From assembly GCF_006345805.1 (NCBI RefSeq), contig NC_043007.1, forward strand, positions 28,520,001 through 28,584,000: a DNA stretch of 64,000 nucleotides. The letters run 5' to 3'. Source of the stretch: Octopus sinensis. Lineage: Eukaryota. Within the stretch, counting starts at the first letter, position 1. The number at the start of each line of letters is the position of its first letter. This document shows positions 36,048 through 49,099 of the stretch, in pieces. The position numbers and the translations under genes were made by a program. A model generated the notes under the pieces. The model saw nothing but the letters and a program-made list of their open reading frames with translations. It was not told the origin of the DNA and searched no databases.

Positions 36048-36955
36048 TCTATATATAGAGAGAGAGAGAAAGAGAAGAGAGATTCTGTCCATTTGTGTTT
36101 GTTTGTCCACCAAAATGAAAGTAAATGGTTCAAGGGAAGCTATTATGCTTTTTCTATATCTCCCATTATGCTATTGCTTAATTTGTCTCAACAAAAATTA
36201 TGCAGTGGTACAACACTAATTGTGCACAAACCAATGAGGAACTGCATTGAGGCAAATATTCTCACCGGTTATAGTAAATGTGACATCTTTGTTCCTTGCA
36301 TAGCAGTTACACCATCTAATGTCCCATTCCAATTTAAGCCATTGCAGTTTCCTATCCCACTTTCTTTTGCTATGAGCATTAATAAAAGTCAGGGCCAAAC
36401 ACTAAAAATTGCTGGATTGCAACTTGAAGAACAAACAGAAGTTTGTATATGAAACTTTTTTCTAATTCAATTATTACATGTTTTTCTCTCATATAATACA
36501 CACATACAGGATGAGTAAACTTAAATCTGTAGTCATAGTCTCACGTTGGTTCAGATTTGAAACTGAATCATTCAATTCTCCTTGGGCATATGGCCTATTC
36601 AAATGTCAAAAGAAACCGCAACAATTGGGTCTTCCACTTCATCTGTAGGCTTCTCAGTGCCATCACACAGTCACCTGGATTCTATAGTTATTCTTCTCTC
36701 TGATATAGCTATTCTTCTAGCTTCGTTCATGTTCAAACTGAATCTTTCATTTCTCTTTTGGCATACCACCTATTCAAACGTCAAAAGGAAGTGACAAATG
36801 GATGTTCCACTTGACCTGTAGCCTTTTCAGTGCCATTCCACAGTCACCTGCATTCCATAAAGCTATTCTCTGATATGATATACCCATTTTTCTAGCTTCT
36901 TGGCCCGAGAAACAGTAAAAGTAATTACCCGATCAACAACGAGTATTACTGCTAG
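36048..36955 (+). mobile_element. Internally deleted Helitron carrying a Pif1-like helicase C-terminal fragment
   Basis: A|TC at 36048, CTAG|T at 36952-36956, decayed hairpin CCCGATCAACAACGAG; IEANILTG...FQFKPLQFPIPLSFAMSINKSQGQTL (Helitron helicase motif). Confidence 0.8.
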
Positions 36956-37004
36956 TATACATATATGTATGTATATATGTATAATGTATATATATATATA
37001 TATG

Positions 37005-37170
37005 TAGGTGTAAGCATGACTGTGTGGTAAGATGCTTACTTCCCAATGTCACGGTTTCAGGTTCAGTCCCATTGTATGGCACCTTGGGCAAGTGTCTTCT
37101 ACTATAGCCTCTGGCTGACCAAACCCTTGTGAGTCAATTTAGTAGATGGAAACTGAAAGAAATCCATCTT
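37005..37170 (+). mobile_element. tRNA-derived SINE 5' part
   Basis: A-box-like TGACTGTGTGG, B-box-like GGTTCAGTCCC, then CACCTTGGGCAAGTGTCTTCTACTATAGCC. Confidence 0.8.
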
Positions 37171-37185
37171 GTGTGTGTGTGTGTT

Positions 37186-37246
<61 letters not shown>

Positions 37247-38047
37247 TGTGTGTGTGTGTGTACATTTACATATACATATATATAAGCCACTAATGGTTTA
37301 ACTGGCTGAAAATTTGAGGTCACTATCATCAATAATATTCTAGATTAAGAATGATAAATTAGTACTCAACGAAAGTATAGAGTAACCCATCAGATTAATG
37401 CAAAATTGCTTTTATCATAACTGAATATAAAAACAAATATCATAATCATCATTATTTAATGTCTGTTTCCATGCTGGCATGGGTTAGACAGATATATATA
37501 TATATATATAATACATACACACACACACATACATACATACATAGTCCCACCCATGCTAACATGGAAGGCGGACATGAAACAATTATGATGATGATATATG
37601 TATGTTAAACATATATATATATGTGCATATATATATACACATTATATATGTATGTATTTGCTGACAACTATTTAACATAGAGATGTTTATAAATGTTGAT
37701 TTCTATATGTAACTACACATATGGGATCTACACTCATATGTATCTGCATATATATATATATATATCCAGATACTTCCGATATATAGCATAAGACTTTGTA
37801 TGTATGTACATGTATATATGCCAGTGTACAATACGTATGTATGCATATATCTATCCACATATCTATGTACATAGTATATGTCAATGTACAAGACGTATGT
37901 ATATATATGTATGTACTTAACTACACACACATATATATATCATTATCATGATCATCATCGTTTAACGTCTGCCTTCCATGCTGGCATGGGTGATATATCT
38001 ATCTATCTATCTATCTGTCTGTCCGTCTGTATGTATGTATGTATGTA

Positions 38048-38096
<49 letters not shown>

Positions 38097-38129
38097 ATGT
38101 ATTTATGTATGCATATATTTATATATACG

Positions 38130-38500
38130 TGGAGGCGCAATGGCCCAGTGGTTAGGGCAGCGGACTCGCGATCATAGGATCGCATAGACCGGGCGTTGTG
38201 AGTGTTTATTGAGCGAAAACACCTAAAGCTTCACGAGGCTCCGGCAGGGATGGTGGTGATCCCTGCTGTACTCTTTCACCACAACTTTCTCTCATTCTTA
38301 CTCCCTGTTTCTGTTGTACCTGTATTTCAAAGGGCCGGCCTTGTCACTTTCTGTGTCACGCTGAATATCCCCGAGAACTACGTTAAGGGTACACGTGTCT
38401 GTGGAGTGCTCAGCCACTTACACATTAATTTCACGAGCAGGCTGTTCCGTTGATTTGGATCAACCGGAACCCTCATCGTTGTAACCGACGGAGTGCTTCC
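38130..38500 (+). mobile_element. tRNA-derived SINE (B-box region deleted)
   Basis: A-box TGGCCCAGTGG; body shared with 5795-5970; 3' part shared with 46785-46900 (rc). Confidence 0.8.
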
Positions 38501-38701
38501 ATTTATATATATATACATATATAATAATCAGAAGAATAATCTTTGAATGGAATTTATAAACATTTAATGAATTCCTACATGCATTTCCAAAAGTCACATG
38601 TCTCTTAAGATTACAGTCCATATTCCTAGGATGATTACAGTGTAGTGTGACCGGCATAATGGAATAGGAGCTTTATTTGCATATATATATAATATATATA
38701 T

Positions 38702-38732
<31 letters not shown>

Positions 38733-39275
38733 AGATAGATAGATGGATAGATAGATGGATAGATGCACATACACCTGCTTCTGGTTGAACAGTTAGTCTG
38801 CGTTTCTGTGCATGCATATATGAAACTCACAATGCATTGATTGACTGTGGACATACACGCAAAAATCAAGCACGTGACTGAGCATACGTTTATATAGAAG
38901 GACATATGCGTAATGTGTGAAGATGTTTTTTCTCAAGAGCAGCCTTGATCAACTACAATACAACTGTTATTTTGACTGCAATACACACACACACACACAC
39001 ACATATATTTGTGAGTGCATGCATGTGTATGTGTATGTATCTATATATATACACATATAAAAATATACATGTGTATGTGTATATGTATATATTGACGTGG
39101 TGTATTGTTCTGTTTACAGCCTTCTCACACCATTTTCTCACACCTTCTTCAATTTTTGTGTTTCATGAATTTTGTGTGAGAAATATTTTTGTTTTATTTT
39201 ATTTTGTCATTTCATTCCACAAATTAATCAGACATGTGATCGTCTGTTGTACTATCTCTTTGAATGTCTGTGTAT

Positions 39276-39337
<62 letters not shown>

Positions 39338-39959
39338 ATATATATATAAACACACACACACATATATAGATATATCACCATCATCATCATTGTCACTAAA
39401 TGTCCGTTTTCCATTGCTGGCATGGGTTAGAGAGTTCAACAGAAGCTAACCTGCTGGAGTGCTCTCCTGACTCTAATTGTCTGTTTTAGCATGGATTCTA
39501 TGACTCGATGCCCTTCCTAACACCAACCACTTTACAGAGTGTGCTGGGTGCTTTTGACACGTCACCAGTATGGATATATATATATATATAACAAAGATGT
39601 AAAGGTGTCAATTCATGTGTGTGTGTGTGTGCATGTATGTGTGTTTGTGTGTCTGTGTATATTGTTGTCATTGTCATCATCATCATTATCATGATATTAA
39701 ACCATACCCCAAGATAAAAGAACAGTTCCTAAATGCTTTAGATCTTTCCCACCATCTGACATGGACACAATGCAACAATGGATTGCTGACTGACAACTCA
39801 TGCTGGTTGTAGACAGATGTATCACTACTATGCATTTTGGAAGGAAACATTCAGAATTTAATTACTCCTCTGCTAGTGAATATGATCTTGGCATGGTCAA
39901 AAATGATCTCTATTGGCCAAACCACATTTCTCATATTTTCAAAATGGCTGAAGGTGTCT

Positions 39960-40330
39960 AAGTATCACTCAATAAGACCTCTGTCAGCCACTCACTAGCT
40001 GTGTGTTTAAAACTATATATGGCTATGCTATGCCCACACTTGGTGCTTGCAACTCCAGACTGGAAATTGCATATTGTCCAGAATACTGATCTCATAGAAG
40101 TTGTCCAGAGATGTGCAAACAAATGCCTTCAATTAATCACTTACATCATCTTTAGGCCTCAACTCAATAAAGCAACTGATTTGGTAGAAACCCACAAGAT
40201 TATCCATCATCATTTCAACAACAGCTTTGGCCACTGTTTTGAACTCAGTGTATCACTACCACTCATGGACATGCTTATAAAATCAAAAAACAACACAGCA
40301 TCTGTGATTTTGGGGAGTATTTTCTCATGA
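39960..40330 (+). mobile_element. CR1/L2-type LINE C-terminal fragment
   Basis: LKLYMAMLCPHLVLATPDW...DLIEVVQRCANK resembles the CR1 motif LYKALVRPHLEYA...LEKVQRRATK. Confidence 0.6.
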
Positions 40331-40671
40331 TCAGAATTGCTGAAGCATAGAATAAATTATTTGCTGTCAGCACACTGCATCCTTCAAAAATTGCATTTTC
40401 CCTGCAATTTGCCAACACTACTCCTGATGTGCCTATGCAATCTTTCCCCTCAGTAACTCTTTTACTGCTCCCTTTTCCTTCTTATCCTGTATATGTGGGC
40501 TTTCATTGCTGTCTTTCTTTACATGGTGTATAGCTACTTTCTGCCTCCATTCTTAGGCATTCCTAGTGAGCTGCAGTGCACCTGAGCACTGTATACAGTA
40601 AGCTCATCATCATCATCATCATTATTGTTATTATTATTATTATTAGTAGTAGTAGTAGTATTATCATTATT

Positions 40672-40886
40672 GAAGGTGGTGAGCCAGCACAATCGTTAGC
40701 ACAATGGATGGAATGCTTAATGGTATTTCGCCCATCACTACATTCTGAGTTGAAATTCTGCCAAGGTCGACTCTGCCTTTCATCCTTACAGAGTCAATAT
40801 ATTAAGTACTAGTTATGTACTGGGGTCGATCCAATTGACTAGCCCCACCCACTAAAATTTCAGGTTTTGTGCCTTTAGTAGAAAGG

Positions 40887-40890
<4 letters not shown>
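40672..40890 (+). mobile_element. tRNA-derived SINE followed by (ATT)/(GTT) array
   Basis: GAGCCAGCACAATCGTTAGC...GAGTTGAAATTCTGCC...CCTTTCATCC. Confidence 0.75.
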
Positions 40891-40956
<66 letters not shown>

Positions 40957-41639
40957 CTATTGTTATTGTTGTTATTATTATTATTATTATTTTATTATTA
41001 TTATTATTATTATTATCATTATTATTATTATTATTTTACATCTGCGTTCCATACAGCAGTTGATGGTTTGACAGAATCTGACTGGTTTGAAGACTGCATC
41101 TTGCTCAGCCATCTCGGTTTTTTGCAGTTTCTACAGCTTGGTGCACTTCCTAACATCATCCATTTGACAGACCATGCTCAAGACATTTTGTTTATGGCAC
41201 CATAGAAGCAATGGATGTTGTTTGGTCCTCAGCAAGACTAAATAATCCTCTCAACCCTTTGTTGTCCCTGGTGCTGCATGAAAGAGAGAGGATAAAGATG
41301 TTAGTGATGAAGTAGGGGTGGAGGCAGAGTAACATGTCCCATAAAGGGGACTAGAAGAGAGCATGGTGACAGAAGGCTGAAGAGTGAAGGTTGCAAGAGT
41401 AAAGCATTATGATTTATAAAGGGTGGGGAAGGAGGAGTAACAAGATGATGTGTTGGGAAAGGAGATGCTTCAGTATGAAGAATGTTTACTCCCAATTGTG
41501 GGTGGCATGGAAGGGTCAGAAGGAGAAAATCTGATGGAGAGATGCAAGAGTATAGGAGAGGATTAAGATAGAGTCAATAGAAGGGAGAGTGAGCAAATGG
41601 GAGAGTATAGAATAGGCAACAGTTTTACACATTAGCTCG

Positions 41640-43560
41640 CTTTTATGACAGGTATTTCACCAAGCTTGTGTGGAAAGTTGGAACTTCTGCACTACTTTGT
41701 TTTACTATTAGACATGGTCCTCTTCATCAAATGAAATTCAGATCATTTTTCACCACCTCATCCCAAGCCTTCCTGGGCCACTTTCTTCCATTCACTCCAA
41801 GCACTCACTTCTTGTTTATGCAGGTGTCAAACCCTAGTTGTATCATGTATCTATGCAAACACAGTCTCCTCTCATTACATTTGATACTAAGTTTATCTTT
41901 AATTCAGTTCCACTTTGTCATTCTTGTATCATGTCCAGTGAAGCAACCTGACCTCTTTTCTTTCTAGTTTCCACAGGTCCTCCATAGTTACAGCTCATTT
42001 CTTATTGTCATGCAGCAGTGCACTTCACATACAAGTATCATGCAATTTGCCATTGGCTTTTAGGGAGAAGCCCTTTATTACCAACAAAGTTAATAGCTCA
42101 CTGTTACTTTTTCAAACCCTTGCTTATTCTGGCTACCACCTTTTCAGAACTCCTCCCTCCACTGCAGGTAACAAAACTATCAACTACTTCTAGGGAGTCA
42201 TTCAGGCAATTAAGACAATCTATTACCTGAGCACCCTTATGGTTTATTGCTTTAGTGTACCTGCAGCTGCTGCATATGAAATCTAACTTCTCTGTTACTC
42301 TGCCTGTCATCCCTCTACACTTCATGTTTGCCCATTGGCTACACAGGGCACACTTTCTGGGATTTCTACAAAATCCTTTTCTGCTGGTAGATTACAAACA
42401 TTTCCCTGATGCTATGTGAGCCATGTCTTCCTTCCTACTTACTAAAACTTTTTTTTCTTTAAGTTTACCTAGAACCCTTCAATTCCAAGTTTTGCTTCCA
42501 TGTTTGGAATTTTGTTTCAACTCTTCTAAAGAATCAGCTACAAGAGTAAAGTCATCAGCATGAAGATTTTCCCAGAGACAGAGGGTCTTGAGTTCCTCGG
42601 GACAGCTCGGAGGACTGTAAGGGAAAGTAATGCGGGACTGAGAAATATGCCCCCAATGTACTCTTACCTGTACACTAAATTCATCAATAAATTTATTTCT
42701 CTCCTTTACCTTACAATAAATTTATTCAACAGTTTCTATCCAGCAAATTTCCTCACAATAAATTAGTAGTCAAAGACTATAGAAGAAAAGACTTGCCCTA
42801 ATCAAAAGATCAGAATTCTAGGTATAAATGGAATTCTGAGCATAACTGCACTTTCTCTTTGGTGCAGTAAAACTGGTCATCTCAGCAATAGGAGACATAA
42901 GTTTCATAATTATTTGTGTTAAGCCATTGTACAGCCCTGGTGATCTAAATTACACAACAGCATTATTTTATGATCCTCTTGTCAGTGTGACTATGGATCT
43001 AAAGGTTCCAATGATTCCACAGGATTTGTCCTCATTCACAACAATGTCTATTGGTTTGTAACCATGACTATTTCCTAGAAATATCTGCAATAGATACCAG
43101 TTGGTGCTTTTGCTCAAACATGTTTTGTTTCTTTTTTTAACAACCATTTATATGTTAATGATTTTGCAAGTTCAGAAACGTCTTTGATCTCAATTTGTCT
43201 ACTATTTAAACCACTTCCCCTGTAGGAGTTGGTCCACAGTACCAGTAATATCATCAGGAAATCTATTTTCTCCAAATTGTAACAAAAATTATCAGTCAAA
43301 TGACAGACTGCTCTCATACTTTGTAGACAGTTTGAAGATTTTTTAGCTTTGATCCAAAGCAATAACTATTAAAGACTTGCATGAATTCCACCATCATTCA
43401 TTCCTTTTAAGGCTCACTTGCAGAGTCTGGCAATTCCACTGATCCTCCTCCCACTTCAGGTCTATTGTCATATAAATCTGGCAATATCCAACGTCTCAGG
43501 AGTTCTTCTGTCTGCCATTGTGCATTCATCCCAGACAATCAATTGGTATCCTTAAAGAAT
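41640..43560 (-). mobile_element. RTE-X LINE fragment (RT, zinc-finger insert, C-terminus)
   Basis: DFICSSCRYTKAINHKGAQVIDCLNCLNDSLEVVDSF...VVARISKGLKK, characteristic RTE-X region; left and right limits approximate. Confidence 0.65.
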
Positions 43561-44399
43561 CTCCAACAATGCTGCTACTCAAAGTACTCAAACATTAAGG
43601 ATCTTAAACTTTGAACAAAATGTGACACTGGTGACAGGATTGTAACCATAACTTCTGGGTTGGTTACCAACTAAGTCATACCCAAATTCATATAACATTA
43701 GGTTTTAACAAAGAACTCACTCTTCCTGCTTGAAGTAGCAACCAATCTTTCTCAAATCACACCCTAAAATTCTTAAAATTTACTTTGCTTAATGTAGTCC
43801 TGGATAAAAAAAAGGTCAACCACTCTCAACCAAGATGTCTTTGACCATAAACCTGTTTAATTGTGCTAATCTGAGAAAACAAACAGCAACAACAACACTA
43901 GGTCTATAGTTTATAGATCCTCAGCTCATACACTCCTGTCTCACACAACACCATGCCATGGATTCCTTTCTCATACACCACCAAGTCATAGGCCTCCAAT
44001 TCCATCACCATTCCTCAATCATTATTTCTTACTTTTCAATGTCTTATTTAAATTACCTTATGGATTCATTTGACAAATTTAACAAACATTTATTTTATAA
44101 ATCCTAAAGACAAATCTTTAATGTATTTCTCTGGAAACACCCTCAAAAGAAATAGTTAACTGTTTATCTTATGGAAACTTTTGTTATCATAATCTTGTTG
44201 CTAAAGATTCTTCTACTGTTTTTCTGCCAATCTTCTTTTATTTCTCAACAACTTCCTTTCATTTTCAGAATCTACTTAAATAAATTTATGCTTTACAGAA
44301 ATATTCAAAAACAGTTATCACCAGTGAGGTCATGAGAAGAGTGTTCAAGAGACAAACCCATGAGTCCTTAGAGAAGTTTTCTAACACTGCGTTCCCTAA

Positions 44400-44610
44400 T
44401 TATCCTTTCTACTGGAAGCACAAGGCCTCAAATTTGGGGGAAGGGATTAAGTTAATTACATCGACTCCAGTGTGTAACTGGTACTTATTTAATCAAGCCT
44501 GAAAGGATGAAAGGCAAAGTCAACCTTGGAGGAATTTGAACTCAGAACAAAATACTGCGAAGCATTTTGTCCGGTGTGCTAACCATTCTGCCAGCCCCCT
44601 GCCTTATGGC
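44400..44610 (-). mobile_element. tRNA-derived SINE
   Basis: Reverse complement of the 40672-40890 family. Confidence 0.75.
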
Positions 44611-46784
44611 ATTCCCTAATAATAGTTAAGAGACGAAGTCACAGTTTCCACCATCTGAAACCACATCCTTCTGTAAAACTCTTTGTTGTGTTGCTGATAT
44701 TGTTTCCTATTCACAAACAAAATGTTGTTTCAGCCATAACTCACTCTGAACAGACCTATCTTCAAATGTATTCCAACCATGGCGTTCACATTCATTAATC
44801 ACACAATATGTCAAGGACTTCACTCTCTAGTAAGTCCTTCACAGGTTTAAGAGAATGAGGTGAGATATGAAGACGATTTAGTTGCTTTTTCTAACACGTT
44901 GGGTTATTACAAAGAAACTTCAATCAAGAAAATGTCCTTTGTTTAGGAGAGGATCCAACATTAGCCATGAAGGAAACTGTTTTTAATGAAATCTCTGTAA
45001 ATAATTCCCCCACTTTATATATTTCACTCATTATGTCTTACAATGAGATAAAAACTGTTTTACTAAGTCACCTTGCAATATCTATGGTCTGACTGTCCGT
45101 ATGCAATATCACAGCCACCAGTGTAGTTGCCATACTTTAGCACGACATCTTGCAATACCGATGTCCTGGCTGAAGTTACACTGTCTTATTTTGTTCACAT
45201 TTAACATCCCAGGTATAACTCTAGTTACAAGGGTTTCCTATATAAACAAACAACACCTGGACTTTGTCTTGGAGGTAGTTCACATATAGTGTTGTCTAGG
45301 ATTCCTGTAGATGACATTTGTATATTGGAGATAGTACAGGTGTGGTGTGCCTATGTTTCATATCAATGACTCCCATAAACACAAACTCTACACCTTTTAC
45401 TGTGTATTGTTCTTTGTTCCTTCCATCAAAAAAACAAGACTTTCGTGTTACAAATGATTCCAGCCATGACCACACTGTCTTTCATTCAGTATTAATACAA
45501 TTATATTATTCAATGCGTCAGTCTTCGAGATGGGTAAATATAATTTATGGAGAATCAGCTGCCATTTCTAGCAGGTGCAGTGACCACATGGATCCACTAT
45601 TTTCTCAATGGCCAATCACTGAATGTGAAAGCTAAACAAAGGCCACTTAGATCCGTAACAAATGAGAATCCATGACATCTCCCTCACCCCGACCCTAACT
45701 CTGTTCTGTGTAAAGAATATTGTGTGTTAAGTGAGGTTGTCTTGTGTAATAATAAACAGCAGACATCAGTTGTGGAACGGTGAGATGTTTCACTCTCATC
45801 ACGAGTGACAGCATCCTCGCTGCTGCTGCGGCTGCTGCTGCTGCTTCCACAGTAGATTGTCTCCATCAAACTCGAACAACATCGTCGTAGAACGACAGAG
45901 TAAAAAAAATATCAGTTTTATGGAGACTCTTTACTACATCACAGTTGAAGGTTATCGGGAATAAATCAAATTTGATCATTATACTTAAAAGGAATTCCTC
46001 CCACTCTTCCTCCACCCTTCTCTCTCGCATATGTGTGTGTGTGTATACGCACACACATACATACATACATACATATAAGTGTGAAGGTGTGTGTGTATAT
46101 GCATATATACATGTGTGTGTGTGTGTATATATACATATATGTATGTATGTGCATTTGTATTATTTTTAATCAGCAGAAACTTCCAAAAGTGACTCTCGGG
46201 CTGAGCTCTTTGCTTGGTATTTATTATTATGAAACTGACTTCAAATCTGGGATTGTATTTCCTTACGTGGAGTGGCTGACAATTCCTTCTGGAAGATTCA
46301 TTTCAAAATTTTGAAATGGAACATTATGTGAAAATGAATATTTTTTTGTGTCATCTGCGTGTGAAACAGAAAGAAGACTTACGAAGAGATAAAATCCAGT
46401 CATAAAAAAAAAGGCATATGCATACATAGATATATATTATCACACATACACACACACACGTGTGCACATAAGCATATAAGCACACACGCACGCACACACG
46501 CACACACACACCGCATGACATTCAGGTTTCCATAAGCATCGCATTACTTACTCGAACATAAGGAATGTATTAACATGCAAATATACAAAAGCATTGCCGA
46601 TAGAAATGTAATTATATACTAATTTTCTGACATACGCAGAAAGTGAATATATTAATGCAGATGTTCATCTATATATGTACACGCATGCACACACACACAT
46701 ATATATATATAATACATTTATAAATATGCACTTACGTACATGTATACACACATTTTTTTTAAAAAAACTACCACTTTGTCAGTT

Positions 46785-47085
46785 ACGCAACAAGTATCCC
46801 AGTCGATCTTAACAAAACAGCTCGCTTGTGAAATTTACACGGAAGGGGCTGAGTACTCCACGGACGCGTACCTTTAACATTGTTTTCGAGAAGAATCTGC
46901 CAACCTGACACAGAGTGTGACAAGGCTGCCCCCCTCCCCCACTGAATTACAGGTACAACCCATTTTTTGGCAGCTGAGTGGACGGGAGCAACGTAAAATA
47001 AAGTCCCTTGCTCGAGGAGAGAACGTGCTGTTGGGTATCAAACTCCTGGAGACCTTACAATCCCTAACCACGAATCCATTCACCT
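46785..47085 (-). mobile_element. tRNA-derived SINE
   Basis: Left part is the reverse complement of the 38380-38460 tail (GTTAAGGGTACACGTGTCTGTGGAGTGCTCAGCC-like). Confidence 0.6.
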
Positions 47086-47574
47086 TCACAACACACACAC
47101 ACAACTATGTCATCATCTTCATTTCACATTCATCTTCCATGCTGGATTAGGTTGGATGGTTCAACGGGATCCAATGAATCCAAAGACCACACCAAGCTCC
47201 AGTGTCTACTTTGGTATGGTTACTATTTGGGCCAAAATGGTCTTCCTAACACCAACAACTTTACAGAATGTACTGGGGGCTTTTTCATGGTACAAGTGAA
47301 GTTACTAAGTAAGTTGCAAGACAAGTCCTCCTCCGCCCTCAACTCAGTGGAGTTCTAGTAAAAGGAGGCAGTGTTTTGTTTTTTATGGCAGGTGTCAAGA
47401 GGTTAAAATTGGGGTTAGGATTAGGGTGGGTGAGAGATGCTGGAAAGAGAAATAAAGATGAATATCACGGTATTCGAACATATTCTCAACGTACAAGATG
47501 GTGAGTATAAGAGAAAATATGAGGAGAAAATCAGAAATAGTGGGAGGAGAGTGAGAGATAGAAATAGAGATAGA

Positions 47575-47895
47575 GATGATCGAACCGTCCAACCCATGCT
47601 AGCACGGAAAACGGATGCTAAACGATGATGATGATGATGAATGCAGTGAATAACTGTGCCGGTGGCATGTAAAAAGCACCAACTGAACATGGCCGTTGCC
47701 AGCCTCACCTGGCACCTGTGCCAGTGGCACGTAAAAGGCACCCACTACACTCACGGAGTGGTTGGCGTTAGGAAGGGCATCCAGCTGTAGAAACACTGCC
47801 AGATCAGATTGGAACCTGGTGCAGCCTCCTGGCTTCCCAGACCCCAGTTGAACCCGTGCTAGCATGGAAAACGGACGTTAAACGATGATGATGAA
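47575..47895 (+). mobile_element. RTE-X 3' UTR, tandemly duplicated end
   Basis: ...GCTAGCACGGAAAACGGATGCTAAACGATGATG...GAATGCAGTGAAT occurs at ~47600-47652 and ~47858-47905. Confidence 0.7.
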
Positions 47896-48599
47896 TGCAG
47901 TGAATGGGGAAGAAGTGTAGAGGTATGGTCAATGGCGAATCTCAGTTTGGTATACATGATGAAAGAAATAGGAGTGGCTCAAAGAAGAGATGAAGGTCAT
48001 ATGTGGCAGTACAGAAGGGGGTGGATAGCATCAGTTTTATAAAACTGTTGACAGATAAGAAATAGGGGAATGATGTGCAGTTTGTAAGAGTGAGAGAGAG
48101 AGACATACAGTGTCAGAGATGGAAGTTAGAGAAACAAAAGGGGTGAATGGACCGAGGACTGGCAGCATTGATGGCAGACATGAGAGGATATTAAAGATGA
48201 GATGTGGTGGTCATAAGATGCAAATCAGAAAGATGAGGATCAATGGACAATAAAGTGGGAAGGTATTCTATTGAGAATGAAGGATGAAATAGTTGCAGGG
48301 AAAGGGGTAATTGGTTGCATTAAAGGGGATAAAATATATGCGGTTCTTCTCTGATTACAGCAGCTGAACAGAAGAGGGGATGGAGAGATAGATATTAGTA
48401 AGATGAGAGATGGGGAAGGTTTGACAGTGGACAGATAGGGTGCAGGGCAGGATTCAGCAGCTGTATAGACATAACACTTTTAGGGCCTCACTTTCATAGT
48501 GATGGAAGGATCTTCTGATGGACAACAAATCACCAATCATTTCAGTTCTTTATCTTATTCTTGAGGTTCAACATCTTGAAAGCAACCTTCATTACTTTA

Positions 48600-49020
48600 T
48601 CCCATGTTTTCCTCTTCCACAGCTTCCATCTGCATTGAGGGATTGGTATTTCTTTATGCAGCTGCCCTCACCTCTGTGCATTATATGACAATGCCCGCAG
48701 CACAATCTTCTTTCTTGTATACCGTATCTGATATCTTGCTCAGTTTTTCTTTAAACACATTTGCACTCTGTCATACTGACATTGCACATCCAACAAAGCA
48801 TACTAGCTTCAACCCTTTCTAGTTTTTACATGTCCTCCGCATTCAGGGCCCACGTCTTGCTACTATATATTGCTCCTTTCCCAACTTCCTGGCGCTTCCA
48901 CTTCTACCCATCCTTTGTAGTATTCTTGGTGTGTCTAATTTTCTCAACCTCAAATAATAGTGCTTTACTGACTGATCTTACTTTGGTACCTTTGAACTCT
49001 TCAACCACTGATGGAATTGG
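48600..49020 (-). mobile_element. RTE-X LINE fragment
   Basis: Similar to the 41700-42100 region (AAGCATACTAGCTTC...CATGTCCTC). Confidence 0.5.
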
Positions 49021-49099
49021 TAGGCAACACTTAGAAGTCTGGTTGTATGGGTTGAATGAGCTGATAGTTGGGGGAACATCCAGTCACCTTCATGCAAAT

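Noticed and set aside
38130-38200. tRNA gene-like sequence (also at 5795, 37005, 40672)
   Set aside because: SINE heads with A/B boxes but no complete cloverleaf; followed by SINE bodies.
44880-45650. Possible LINE C-terminal/zinc-knuckle remnant on the minus strand
   Set aside because: Too many stops to assign by eye.
45684-45869. 61-aa minus-strand ORF (MMETIYCGSSSS...) as a nested gene
   Set aside because: Poly-Ser comes from a CAG repeat; no recognisable homology or splice sites.
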